Shown here: positions 51,310 to 64,000 of the stretch, in pieces
How positions within the stretch are numbered: position 1 is the first letter of the stretch
How the letters are laid out: each line of letters begins with the position of its first letter
Assembly (NCBI GenBank): GCA_964016885.1
Contig: OZ024740.1
Span: forward strand, 68,820,001 to 68,884,000
Length of the DNA stretch: 64,000 nucleotides
Source of the DNA: Eledone cirrhosa
Taxonomy: Eukaryota
Reading direction: 5' to 3'
Notes under the pieces: generated by a model
Seen by the model: the letters and a program-made list of their open reading frames with translations, nothing else
Databases searched by the model: none
What the model was told of the DNA's origin: nothing
Translations under genes and position numbers: made by a program

Positions 51310-52097
51310 ATGTTTCTATTTTTAGCACAATGCCAGCAATTACGCCCAGTACATTACTGATGCTTTATTTCATCGACTTCGTGTCAGGATGAAAGGCAAA
51401 GTTTACATCGGCGGGATTTGAACTCAGAACGCAAAGGGCCATAACTAAGCTGCAAAGCATGGTGTCTGAAGCTCTATAATGATTTCTAGTAGAGGCACAA
51501 GGCCAGTAATATTGAGGGGGGAGGGGTCAATAAAATCGACCCAGTGCGTGACTGGTACTTTATTTCATCGACCACGTACGGATGAAAGGCAAAGTTAACC
51601 TCGGCGGGATTTGAATTCAGAACGTAAAGGGCCATAACTATGTTGCAAAGCCGAGTGTCTGACGCTCTATAATAAAAATAATAATGAATTCTTTAATAAT
51701 GGTTTCTGATTTAGGAACAAGGCCAACAATCTTAGGGGAGGGCAATGTCAATTAAATCGATCCTAGTGCATTACAGTTGCGTTGATTTATTTTTATTGAA
51801 CACTTAAGGATGAAAGGCAAAGCTAACCTCGGGACATTTGAACTCAGACCGTAAAGGGTCGTGACTCTATTATACAAAGCATGGTGTCCGACGCTCTACG
51901 GATACTATCAATAATAACTGTTTTTACTTTTGGCACAAGGCCTGCAATTATCCAGTGTATTACTGGTACTTTATTTTATCGAGCCCGTAAGGATGAAAGG
52001 CAAAGTTAACCTTGGCGGGATTTGAACTTAGAATGGCAAGGGCCGTAACTCTATGCGTCAAAGCATGGCGTCCGACCCTCTACCGATACTGCCAAAT
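51310..52097 (-). mobile_element. Head-to-tail array of four SINE A copies
   Basis: Units at ~51312-51478, 51482-51670, 51700-51910 and 51918-52097, each with GGATGAAAGGCAAAG...TTTGAA(C/T)T on plus. Confidence 0.9.
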
Positions 52098-52119
52098 AAT
52101 AACATCTAATGGATGCTGC

Positions 52120-52274
52120 TGTTCCAATAGGAAAGAACAGTCTGACGTACACATATATTTTCAAAGCGAAAGCGTAGTTTGGAGTAGCTGATGAACGGAA
52201 GTGTTCGGAATCAGTCTAGTGCAAGCAGCTGCTGCTTGCATGCTTGCTTTCGTCTACGCTATGTAAAGGTGAGT
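52120..52274 (+). promoter_or_regulatory. Candidate Pol II promoter and first exon with strong donor
   Basis: CCAAT 52124-28, TGACGT 52143-48, ETS-like CGGAAGTG 52196-203, donor AAG|GTGAGT at 52268/52269. Confidence 0.4.
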
Positions 52275-52371
52275 GTCCGGTCAATCAATCTCATCTCTGT
52301 TCCACCACTATCATTCATTCATCTATCTATCTATCTATCTAACTATCTATCTATCTATCTATCTAATCAAT

Positions 52372-52445
<74 letters not shown>

Positions 52446-53341
52446 TCTATCTCTCTATATATCTATATATCTATCTGTCAAAGAGACCACAGGTGAGTCA
52501 CTGTGATAGATGAGAAGGATAGACATCATTCAGAGATCAATAGAGATTCATTCTGTCAAACACTTCATGCGATGGGATACAGATTATTTTATTTATTCAT
52601 CTTATAGTTTATCAAAACCATGCACTTACAAAACATTCATTTGTTCTTTCCTTCTATTAGTATATTGGTTATTTGACAACAGCTGTAGTGGGACACCGCC
52701 TTCAAGTGATTTAGTCGATCGTATCGGATGTATTATTTTCTTTTCACATATTGTACATATTTTATCGATCTATTGTGTCTAACTGATAATTTATGTATAT
52801 ATACATATGAAAAGGTCTAAGAAGACTAGACGAAGGGCCGATATAAACGCACATGTTGTAGCGCCTAGCGCGTCTCATACTCGTGCCGCTAAAAATAACA
52901 GCTGGGTTTATGGGACTAAGGTTAGCTCTACAAATGGAGCCGAGAATATCATAGATTGAGTTATAAACTCAAAATAGTCTTTTACAATTAAGTAGCTCAA
53001 AGAAAGGAATCTTTCCGAGCCGTGTAATATAATTGGATATATGAGAGGGATGAACACAGATATACATGTGTTCCAATTGCAAATGACCAAGTTAGCTAGG
53101 TTGAAAAAATGCTGATTTAAAACAATATGGTTTGCTTGACTCGATTTAAAGTAGTAAATCAATAAAAATAACAAACCTATATAGTATTTTGTTCAACCTA
53201 GCTAAGTGGGTCATATGCAATTGGAACCCATGTATATTTATAGCTGTGTTCATTCCTCTCATATAGCCAATTAGAGATAGCCGTCGAAATGGCCTGAGCT
53301 CTACCTTCGGGGTTTTACTTTTTACTATATATCTATATCTA

Positions 53342-53476
<135 letters not shown>

Positions 53477-53965
53477 GATGAGCTTCCATAATTGTTTCAT
53501 TTACAAAATTTCACATACAATGCTCAAGAAATTTGTCATGGTTAACCTCAGGCTGTTTTAGTACTCACATACCCAAAAGGGTCAGAAACCTGAAATCTTA
53601 TTGGGAAACGAAATTGTCAACAACACAATCATGCCTACACCTATATGCATGTTATATAGTTATTTATTGATTATATTTAGGTTTATTTAATGTCATGCTA
53701 CATTTTGATCCTTTCCTTCTTTACATGTTTCGCTTCTTCCTCATAACCATCTGTATTTAATGGGTTTTTTCTAGTCTTTTTATATATCGTTTTATCTCAA
53801 TTTGCTGTATTAATATAAAACGCAGCATCTCAGATGTTTGTATATTCTCTAGTTATTTATTATTTTCTTTTCTTCATAACTATTTCCATATTTTTATCTA
53901 TCTATTTATCTACCGCTCTGTGTAAATCACAATCTGTATGTTTAACATGTTCCCTCTCTTTTCTG

Positions 53966-54011
<46 letters not shown>

Positions 54012-54627
54012 GAAAGATAGACAGAGAGAGAGAGACATAGAGAGACACATAGAAAGACAGGTAGATAGATATACGTACACATAATATAGTGTAGGCAAAA
54101 TATATTAAATATATGTATGTTTGTATATGTGAGTATTTATATATATAGATATATATGTCTGTGTGCACGCATGTGTGTGAGGGGGTGTAAATGGGGAGTG
54201 AAAATATTGTACAAATTTCAAATCAGATAAATATATCAAATGTGGAAAATGTGACTGAAATGTTTTGTATGTTTTTACTTCAATATTGACAGTTCCTACA
54301 ACATTCAACAATCTTAACGTTTTCTTAGCTGAACATAATCAGTAGGACATTTGTTGCTTGACAACACGAGTTCTTACGAACTGAATAATGAAGCCTGCCT
54401 ATATTTTGTTTATTCGGAAAAGACAGTATTGATCCATGTAGCCATTTCCAATCAAACTGGATTATGAATCCTTGCTTCAGAAAAACATATTTGAAAGGCT
54501 TGTGTTTGGTTTGAACAGCACGGATGTTCCGACATTTCTCTGGTTTCAGCCATTACATTGCGACAATGCTGAGGCACCATATTGAATTAATTTAGTCTAA
54601 CATGTCTTACTATTTTTAATACATATA

Positions 54628-55522
54628 CTAGCAGAGACACCAGGCGATGCCCGGGAATGAAATTCTTCCTTGTATATTAGAAGAAAAAAGGAAAATATTT
54701 TGTATAGAAATTTGTTATTCTGAATTCAGTTTATTTTTCAATTGGGATACATGATGAAATCAATTCTGAATTCATAATACAAAAAATAAATAAATAATAA
54801 TAATAATAAACCAAAATATAAAATTTACCCCTTTTATGAACGGAGATAAATTCCATAAACAATTATGTAAGAGCTTCTGGGTAAACAGCATTCTTTGTTT
54901 TCTGGTTTGGGGCATAGACAAATAACCCTTGTAAACTGCCCAGCCGGGAGCAAACAAAATAAAGGTGACCATGAGAAAAGGAAGGCTCAATTAAGTGCAA
55001 GCCAGTAGATTTCTGATCTTGAGCTTTATTTATAGACATTGCGAAGCAAAGTCGCACTGGGAATTGTCTTCGTTTGAACTCAAATGGCATGTCTGTTGGT
55101 TTGATTGGAATACATGGAAGCACATCCAGTGATGATGGTAGCTTTTAATACATTAGGTGTCATGTCATCACAATCAACCTTATCCCATTGCATAATTTAG
55201 GAGGATCTAAATTTCCTAGAAGCATTATTGGGACGCCTACCTTCGAAAACGTTTATGTGCAGAAGTTCAAGATGGCTCAAGGACTGAATCAACTGATTTG
55301 TACTCCATAATGTCTGGTGGTATCTTATTCATTAATTCATGGTTAATCCTTGCTACTCTCTCATTTTTTGGAGGAAGAATTGCCATTTCACACAACGGTT
55401 TATGTTAATTATAATTATTAATTAAGTCTGGGAATATATTGTTCTTCAATTCACCTGGGGAATAGCAATATGAGCCAAATTGATATCACCATTCCCATCA
55501 ATTATTAGTACTTTCCCATTTC
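54628..55522 (-). mobile_element. Helitron 3' end with PIF1-type helicase C-terminal remnant
   Basis: Minus strand reads KVGVPIMLLGNLDPPKLCNG, FEFKRRQFPVRLCFAMSINKAQ, FSHGHLY..CSR, TKNAVYPEAL; terminal hairpin CCGGGC-ATC-GCCTGG then CTAG|T at 54628. Confidence 0.92.
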
Positions 55523-55824
55523 CTAATTGGAGGAGCTGGGTAGAAAATTGCTCTGCACATTGGTCCCCATGTTATTGTGATTGAAATAAATGGCGATTCT
55601 GGAACGTCGCACATACACATACACGCCCCCCCCCCACACACGCAAACGCACACAGGCACTCATGCACGTACACACGCACACACACACTCCCACATGTTGA
55701 TAGTTTTTACTTTCTGTAATTCCCTTACTATTCCCTTCTATTGTATTGTGTCCTATATGTGGGCTCCTGTGGTCAATAAATGAAAAGAATATCATCATCA
55801 TCATCATTATTATTCTTATTGGCA

Positions 55825-56170
55825 CTATGGGTGGAGGGTGGACGCCATGCTTTCCAGCATAGTTACGTCCCTTTACGGTCGGAGTTCAAAACCCGTCGAG
55901 GTTAACTTTGCCTGTCATCCTTACAGGGTCGACAAAATAAAGTACCAGTAATGTTGGCCTTGTGCCAAAAGTAGAAACAATTATTATTATTATTATTATG
56001 GATTGGCAGTATTGGTAGAGCTTTGACGTATAGAGTTACGGCCCTTGCCATTCTAGGTTAAAATCCCGCCAAGGTTAACTTTGCCTTTCATTCTTACGGG
56101 GTCGATAAAATAAAGTACCAGTAATGCACTGGTTAATTGCTGACTTTGTGCCTAGTGTAAAAACAATTGT
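55825..56170 (+). mobile_element. Two tandem SINE A copies separated by (ATT)n
   Basis: Units at ~55825-55985 and 56000-56170, each with B box and central domain. Confidence 0.88.
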
Positions 56171-56185
56171 TATTATTATTATTAT

Positions 56186-56640
56186 TAGCAACTTCCGTTG
56201 AATTTCTGGCTCTCTCCAAAATAATGTCGGGTGCCGACCTGACACGTGAAGCAAAATTTGGTAATTCACACTTTTTATAATGATGCCACTGTAGCACAAA
56301 CGACACTAAATGTCTTTGCAAGTTTGTTTTTCTTAATCAATAATGCCCTTCTTAGGACATGGACAATGCCAGTGAACATTATTTTTTGTATATCGTGCAG
56401 AGATAGCTTTCCAGTTATCTGGTACAAATATTTTTACCATTCTTAGCACTTGAAATGTACATGCCTTAAGATGCCGCAATTTCTCTACTTCAATTATTTT
56501 TCCTTCAATTGACGACGAATAATGACACCCAAACTGTATGGTATTCCCAGTCGCTTCAAGAAGTCTTGAAGTCTCAATGGGACTGACCCTAATGCCCCAA
56601 TCACAACTAGTATCACTTTCGCACCCATTGTTTTCGTAAT
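56186..56640 (-). mobile_element. R4/Dong-like (restriction-like endonuclease) LINE 3' remnants
   Basis: Minus strand reads KVILVVIGALGSVP and FTGIVHVLRRAL, resembling the RLE-clade C-terminus; ends at (TAA)n. Confidence 0.55.
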
Positions 56641-57640
56641 TTGTGTGTTCAACTTTGTTACAAATTGTACTGTTAATGTTGTTATTTCCTATACGCTTTC
56701 TGTTCTCTGGATTTGTGATTATCGCTAAAATTACTAATTAATTTCTTCGTTTTATAGAGAAGCAAACAATTGTTCATTATCTGTGCACCTTTATTGTTCA
56801 AAAGGGATGTAAGTACAGTCATATTATGCGAGATAATGTTATAACTTTTGCAGACTCCCTGAAGTTTACCTATATACAGGATTTTACCGTTATAACCGGA
56901 CCTTATTAGTGCTTCATTATAATATTGAACACTCTCATCAAAGCCAGCTTGGTTAGAGTTACATTTTGAAATGTGGTTAGATACATGATTAACAATAAGT
57001 GTTTGAAAATACGTTGGATGGTTGGATTTATAATTAACGTAGCACAGATGTTCATCCGATTTATGAAGAGGTTTGTACAGACCCTATTCAAAGTTTAAAT
57101 TTCCTTCAAGAAAGTTCATAACTTTATTATTACTGCCTATATTTATCGTTAAAGAATGTATGCAGACGCTTTTATTTTGCTCAATGTGTCTGTTGTTCCT
57201 GCTTATAGAAAAGAGCGCATCATCACGATATAAGCCCAATTTGAGGATTGAAAAATACCTTATCGTTTATTTAATAAGAAAATACCCTCCAAATCAGTGA
57301 CTTGAACAGAATCCTTTGAGTCCATTGTAATGTTGAAATTATTAGGGGAAGGTCGGAGTCAAAGGCAGCCATCACACTCAATTATGGTCTTCCTAGCTGT
57401 TAGTAATACATAAGTTTCTGCCCTAGTTAATTTGCTAGCTCTTTTGTCCATAATTAAGGCGCTCTATAAGAGGTTGGTGGATATAGAAGAGTAATAACTA
57501 TCTATATAGAATTGTATAATGTATATATATATGTATATATATACATATATATACAGTGTAGCCGCGACATTAGTGGTGTCCCACTCGTCGTTGGTGCTCT
57601 AGGTTCGTAACACCCACGAATTCCAAGTGACAGGGGGCAA

Positions 57641-57697
<57 letters not shown>

Positions 57698-57699
<2 letters not shown>

Positions 57700-58285
57700 T
57701 ATAAGTATGTATACGTACATACATATATGTATACAGACGTACAATAGTATGTATATACATAAATACATGCACACACATATATATATATATATATGTACGT
57801 ATGGGTTTACCGAACATTTATTATAATGCTCGGTTTGTTTGTAAACAAACGGCCTGAATTAAGCCGTACAGTGTTCGGCAACCATCGTTGTCATTTTGTT
57901 CAACACTGACAAAGGAACGATGAACTAGTTTCTAGCGTATTAGCTGTCATCGGCACCATATACCTCCCTGTCAGTTGATTGAAACGTTTGAAAGTATATA
58001 CTTTCCTTATGCATATTAACGGCTGAGCAGCCTAATTTGCATATCGAGTGAGTTAGTCGACCGGGCATACCGAAAACGGTAAATAGAAAAAATGAAATTT
58101 CATTTATCACTCTTAGTACTGCTGATACTTAAATATAAGTGTGTATACGTACATACATATATGTATACAGACGTACAGTAATATGTATATATATACATAC
58201 ATGCACACATATATATATGTACGTATGGATTTACCGAACATTTATTATAATCCTCGGTTTGTTTGTAAATAAACATCCCGAATTA
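57698..58285. repeat. Direct repeat pair (~57698-57862 and ~58133-58285); partial third copy at 33190-33255
   Basis: Shared ACATACATATATGTATACAGACGTACA...TTTACCGAACATTTATTATAAT..TCGGTTTGTTTGTAAA. Confidence 0.8.
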
Positions 58286-59390
58286 TTAATGGTGGCAATG
58301 GCCTTAATGATCTTTTGCTTTATATCAGTGATGTACTCTATCTTGGTTCGATACACGATGTCTTTAGCATAACCCCATAGAAAGAAGTCCACGGGGAGCC
58401 TATGAGGAGAAGATCGTCGGCAGGAATTGGGCCATCCCTTCCAATCCACCTGTCTGGAAATGTTTCATCCACGAACATGCAGTCCCCAATGTTGTGGTGC
58501 ACCATCTTGCTGGAAAATGATGATTGGTTGAAGCTCATCTAGTTGTGGTCCATCATTTTCAGTCAAACGCTGAAGGTAAACAGTTGCAGTAATTGATCTC
58601 CCGTTGAAGAAAACTGAACCTATGATTCGATTGCACATATTCCCACACCACACATTCACTTTTGGACTGTCTCCGTGAAATTCCCTAGTCACATGGGGTG
58701 TTCTGATCCCCAGATTCTCACATTATATGAGTTCAATTTTTCTGAAACATGAAAAGTTGCCTCAACACTAAAACAAACTCGGGTTAGGAACGTTTTACCC
58801 TCAGAAATTCGTTCCACCATGTTAACTGCAAACTCTTTTAGTCTTGGTTTATTATATGGCTCGAGTGCCTGTAAGAGTTGCGCTTTATAAACGTACAATC
58901 GCAAATTCTTGTGTAGGACTGTACTGTGTTGTATTGTTGAATGTGGCAGCTGTAAGTGTCAGGCAGCAGTATGGATAGAATTTGTAGGAGAACGCTGAAA
59001 CGCTTGTCTTATATGTCCAATGTTCTTGGCCGTCCGCGCGTCCCTTTATCCAGCACTGTCCATGTCTCCATAAATTCCTTGTGCTATGCACGAATTGACG
59101 GACATGAGGGTAGATCTCTTCCATACTTAGTTCCGTAGTTTCGCTGAGTGTGCGTATGCGATTTTGTTTCAATAAACGCATTGCGCATTTTCTTGAGGAG
59201 TAGCCATTTTTTAGTGATTCATTTAACAGTACCCTTTTGAAAAACAGGATATATGAAATACACAAATGAAGTGTGATTAAAAATAATGAGAACTACTGAG
59301 TACATAGAACATATCTGATTACGATATCTCATCAATTGTCTTTGTAATATATTTTTTTAAATTGTAAAGCGACCTTATGGACATCCTGTA
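58286..59390 (-). mobile_element. Tc1/mariner-superfamily transposon (DD37D/maT-like), degraded, one TIR left
   Basis: Minus strand reads FSVEATFHVS..NVRIWGSEHP, PKVNVWCG, FQQDGAPQH, DFFLWGYAKDIVY; terminus TA-CAGGATGTCCATAAGGTC at 59371-59390. Confidence 0.88.
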
Positions 59391-59638
59391 TGTATATATA
59401 TATGTGTGTAGATATAGTTTCCAAAGAGTATCAGAATGCTGAAACAGAAACTATCATTCATAATTCTCGGACGAAATACAAGTTATGTATTATATCCGAA
59501 ATACAGGTTCTGCATTATATCAGAGAAAGTTGTCGCCAACAGTTTCAAGTGATTAGATATTTTATACATAATACACTGTTCTTTCGTTAATTTATGTGTT
59601 AGAATAATTCATCTCCTCGTATTTATCTATCTATCTAT

Positions 59639-61120
59639 CCGACAGGCATGCCTTCTCTCCTCCCATTCTGTACTTACTGACTCTCGAGCCATTATTGCGG
59701 AAGTTGGAGCTATTGCGGGGCATCCCTTTGGAACCGGGACTGCGAAAAGCGGCGTCGGTCTGTGCCGACGACGTGACAGTAATGGTGTTGAGCACCTCGC
59801 AAATCGGGGAGATCGGCACCTTACTGGAGGAATACGAAAGGTTCACAGGAGCGAAGCTGAACCGGGACAAATGCATCGGTTTGCAACTCGGAACGTGGAG
59901 AGGCAAACCGATGCCTTCCGATGACGTCTTCGGACGCTGGACGGAAGGACCAGTAAAGCTGCTCGGGGTCTGATTTGGTCCTGACCTCCAGGTGGAGAAG
60001 AACTGGAACGAGGTGATGGCCAAGGTGTTTGCGCTCACCCAGAAGTGGGCCGAGTGCAAACTATCCTTGAAAGGTCGAGCGGAGGTGGCAAACACTTTTA
60101 TAGCGTCCGTCATCTACTACCGCTTGACCGTTGTGCCTTGTCCAGCCAAAACGCTCACCAAAATGGAGGGTGAGCACTTCCAATTCCTTTGGAAGAAACG
60201 AGCTCCTTTGGTGAGAAGATCCATCTGCTGCCAGCAACCTTCAAACGGAGGGCTGACGATGCCGTGGCTGACGATGCGCAAACACGCGCTCAGGCTGCGG
60301 CACCTCCACATATTCCTCAACAGACAACCGGTGTGGGCTCCGTTCGTGAGGGGAGCCTTCCCACGACTCGTCTCGCTGACCGAACTGCAGTCCTGGGTCA
60401 AGCAAAGACCGAGGAAAATGGGCGACTGGCACATCGAATGTGCTCAGGCGCTCACAGTCCTCTGGCAAACGGATCCGGCGATCAGTGGAGACTCCAAGTG
60501 CGACGACACGCTCGGAGAAACTCTAGGCGTAGAGGAGGACGAATTGGCCATTCTGTTCGGTAGGACCTTCCGCCCGGGACCAAGGACAACTTCTCAAAGT
60601 CCCTGGCATGTCAGTGCTACCAAGGAGCTCTACCAGTTCGAAACAAGCTCTACAGACACGGGCGCCCGGGTAGGGACCCTTCGAAAAAGATCTGTCCGTC
60701 GAAGTTAAAAGGGCTGAGGTCAGACACCTTTCTCTCCGGTGAGCAACTGATTCGTTTTTTCAAATATCATTTTGGAAGAAGAATCAGGATGGAGAGAGAG
60801 GTGCTGTACCCCAGCAAATTTTATAAAAGGTGGGTGAACGTGGCAAAGATGGCCCGAATGGTTGGGCCTTCCCTCTGTATAAGCCTGTAGGTTAAGGAAA
60901 AAGCGGAAGAGAGGAAGAGAGTACTCACTCTTGGTGCTCCTGGAGATGAGGGTTGTACATTTTTTCGGGGTGTGTACAACCACTGTGTAACACCTCCCCG
61001 CTATTGGGGATTTCAATTGCTATTTGTTATTGTATTAATAGTTTTATTTTCATATACCTGTATGTAAACTCCCCATTTGTATTTGTCCCCTTTTTTGTGC
61101 CTTTGTGGCTAATAAAGAAA
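59639..61120 (+). mobile_element. L1/Tx1-clade LINE copy 4, 5'-truncated in RT, internal deletion near 60700
   Basis: RQACLLSPILYLLTLEPL, CADD, LSLKGRAEVANTFIAS; 3' UTR nearly identical to copy 2; (TATC)n on both sides. Confidence 0.93.
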
Positions 61121-61122
61121 TG

Positions 61123-61189
<67 letters not shown>

Positions 61190-61190
61190 A

Positions 61191-61233
<43 letters not shown>

Positions 61234-61270
61234 ATTTCTATCTATGTTTCTCTCAATCTATCTATCTATA

Positions 61271-61799
61271 TCATTAAAGGACTTTAACATCTGAAACTAC
61301 TTCGCATTTTCTTATTCTAAATATACTCCGTCATTCATATGTGGAAGAATTACTTGAATTAAATTGCATCAACGTTTACCGTAAGAATAATTTAGCTCTT
61401 AATTGTTGAGCGTTTTATTGTGTAACCTATATATACGAAGAAGTGGAGGCACCAGCAATCAACAACACTTGGAAATTGCCTCTACCGTGGGGACTGATTA
61501 CACATATTGGATATCCAGACCAGTAGACGGACGTTCGCCCGGATAACCTAAGGAACCAAAAGCAATATAAAGCACCAGATTTTCCTGCAACAACCTACAA
61601 TTCGCACATAGGCCTGGAACCTAAATCCCCTCTCACATCCGATAACGGACGGACAATGAATTTTATGTGCACTTTACCTGGACAAAATTGACCAATATTC
61701 CCACAGCATTGTGAATTAAATTGAACTCACTACTTTTGTCACCTCTACCCGCATTTCCATCTCGATATATATAATCTATGTATATATACACACACGCAC

Positions 61800-61872
<73 letters not shown>

Positions 61873-61877
61873 ATATT

Positions 61878-61968
<91 letters not shown>

Positions 61969-61980
61969 ATATATATATAT

Positions 61981-62013
<33 letters not shown>

Positions 62014-62670
62014 CATTGCTTTTTTCCACATATATTTTTTCTCTCTCATTTTGTATCAATATAATTTTGGTTTCTGGTTTTGTCTTTGATTCATGTGATA
62101 GACGAAGATATTAACTAATTGTTTGTTTAATTATTACGCTCAATACTTTAAATTCATCTTCTATTCTTTACTACGGTACTATCGTTCAATATATGGAGAA
62201 TATATCTTTAATATCCAATATTTATCCCCTTTTCATAATTTCTGACTATAATTTATACATCTTCCTATTTTTATATGAACTTCAATCAAGATTTTAACTT
62301 TTAATTCCTAATTTTCAATCCTATTGCTAATTTTAATTGCCATTGTGAAACCTTCGTATAAATGTTATAAACACTTTACGGGTGATGGTCTCTTGTCTGA
62401 GCATAAATAGAGGTAGTATTCAAACGTATACTCTACCGTTCGATTGTTTTGATTTGGATCGCCTCAGGAATGGAACCTTATTATGTATGTAGCTGTCTGA
62501 TGAGATCATGGCACTGGTCAGGCAGAATCGCGTTTTCATTGTATCTCAGCCTTATCAATAAAGGACTTTAACATCTGAAATAAATTCGCATTTTTTTATT
62601 CCAAATATATTCCGTCATTCCTGTGTGGTAAAATTCCGTAGAGTGTTTGAATTGAACTGCATCAATGTTT
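61271..62670 (+). mobile_element. Probable PLE remnant with direct terminal repeats
   Basis: 61271-61378 is similar to 62555-62670 (TAAAGGACTTTAACATCTGAAA...TGCATCAA(C/T)GTTTA); CTGATGA plus hairpin at ~62496 just upstream of the second copy. Confidence 0.5.
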
Positions 62671-62682
62671 ATAGTAAGTATA

Positions 62683-62828
<146 letters not shown>

Positions 62829-62879
62829 GAGGGAGAGAGAAAGAGAAAGAAAGAGAGATGCAGGAACAAATGATGATCC

Positions 62880-63200
62880 ATATATTTTGGATGGACACAT
62901 TGTTTTTGTGTGAAGCATTGTTTTTGTGGTTAAAATCCAAATCAGAGATATAGAAATATATAGGTGTCACATCCAACTTTTTAAAAAGGTGGTATATGCT
63001 CACCCATTGTTTCAAGAATATCGGACTATGCAAATCAACTTTCTTGGTCAGTGATACGATTTTCCCGCCCATATCAAAACAAAAGACGCTCCTGCAATCT
63101 TTGTGTGATGGAAGTGATGGAGATTGCGATTTTATCAGATCTGCTGAACTCTCGACATGATAGAATCTTCAACTGCCAACATAAGGCATTACAACTTTGC
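62880..63200 (+). mobile_element. PLE GIY-YIG fragment
   Basis: KYIGVTSNF.KRW and SRPYQNKRRSCNLCVMEVMEI...LLNSR...CQHK. Confidence 0.75.
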
Positions 63201-63390
63201 AAGACCAGCATAGGATTTGATATCGTATCTTTGTATCCATTCTACTTTAATCACTCACTCTTTTCACCACATTCCTTCTAACCGCCTTTATTCATCTTGG
63301 TGCCCACTTGTCTCCTCTGTTGTTGGTTTCTGTTGAGATAAATTTAATATTTCATCCCTCAATTTAATTCATAGCCTTTCAATCATTTCT

Positions 63391-63765
<375 letters not shown>

Positions 63766-64000
63766 CTCCTTTTTACACTATATCATTACAATAGGTTCCC
63801 TGATCAGCCATATTTGAAAATACCCTCCCCTTACAACTCTATTAATCTTTTTGTTGGTCATTTAGACTGTGTCTCTACTTTGTATAATTATTCCTGTACT
63901 TATTTTCTGTTCACTATTTTTGATATTTATATATTATAATTTCATTTCCAATTTCCTTTCTATACGAAGTGAAATGTGTACATTAAATTTGTCAGCAGTA

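Noticed and set aside
51310-52097. CRISPR-like or tRNA-gene array
   Set aside because: Units are ~170-210 bp SINEs without unique spacers or a cloverleaf; no cas genes; eukaryotic context.
52165-52215. GAAA and CTGATGA close together as a permuted hammerhead
   Set aside because: Stems I-III cannot be formed convincingly.
56870-57480. Possible second mariner remnant
   Set aside because: Motif-like fragments are weak and not in the expected order.
62490-62550. CTGATGA followed by hairpin GATCA/TGGTC
   Set aside because: No GAAA after stem II; at best a dead hammerhead, so used only as weak support for the PLE call.

Overview
AT-rich, microsatellite-dense eukaryotic DNA, most likely a cephalopod (octopus-like) genome, inferred from the tRNA-derived SINE family and the (TA)n/(CA)n/(TATC)n load. 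No intact host protein-coding gene is recognisable, and almost all ORF-track entries are microsatellite artefacts or decayed transposon frames. The window holds: four copies of one L1/Tx1-clade LINE family, each ending in AATAAA plus (TATC)n, three of them head-to-tail; about ten Penelope-like element (PLE) fragments with GIY-YIG/RT remnants and inverted pseudo-LTRs; RTE and R4/Dong-like LINE remnants; a Helitron 3' end; a Tc1/mariner remnant; and many SINEs. The main hidden signals are (1) a set of type I hammerhead ribozyme motifs in PLE termini, including a U3-A8 core variant (UUGAGAA) with palindromic stem III, (2) apparent (TATC)n target specificity of the LINE, (3) a conserved splice donor on the LINE ORF1 stop codon that could fuse ORF1 to ORF2 in frame, (4) a multi-stem RNA motif at an RTE 5' end, and (5) two promoter/first-exon-like islands. 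All coordinates were read by eye and boundaries are approximate.
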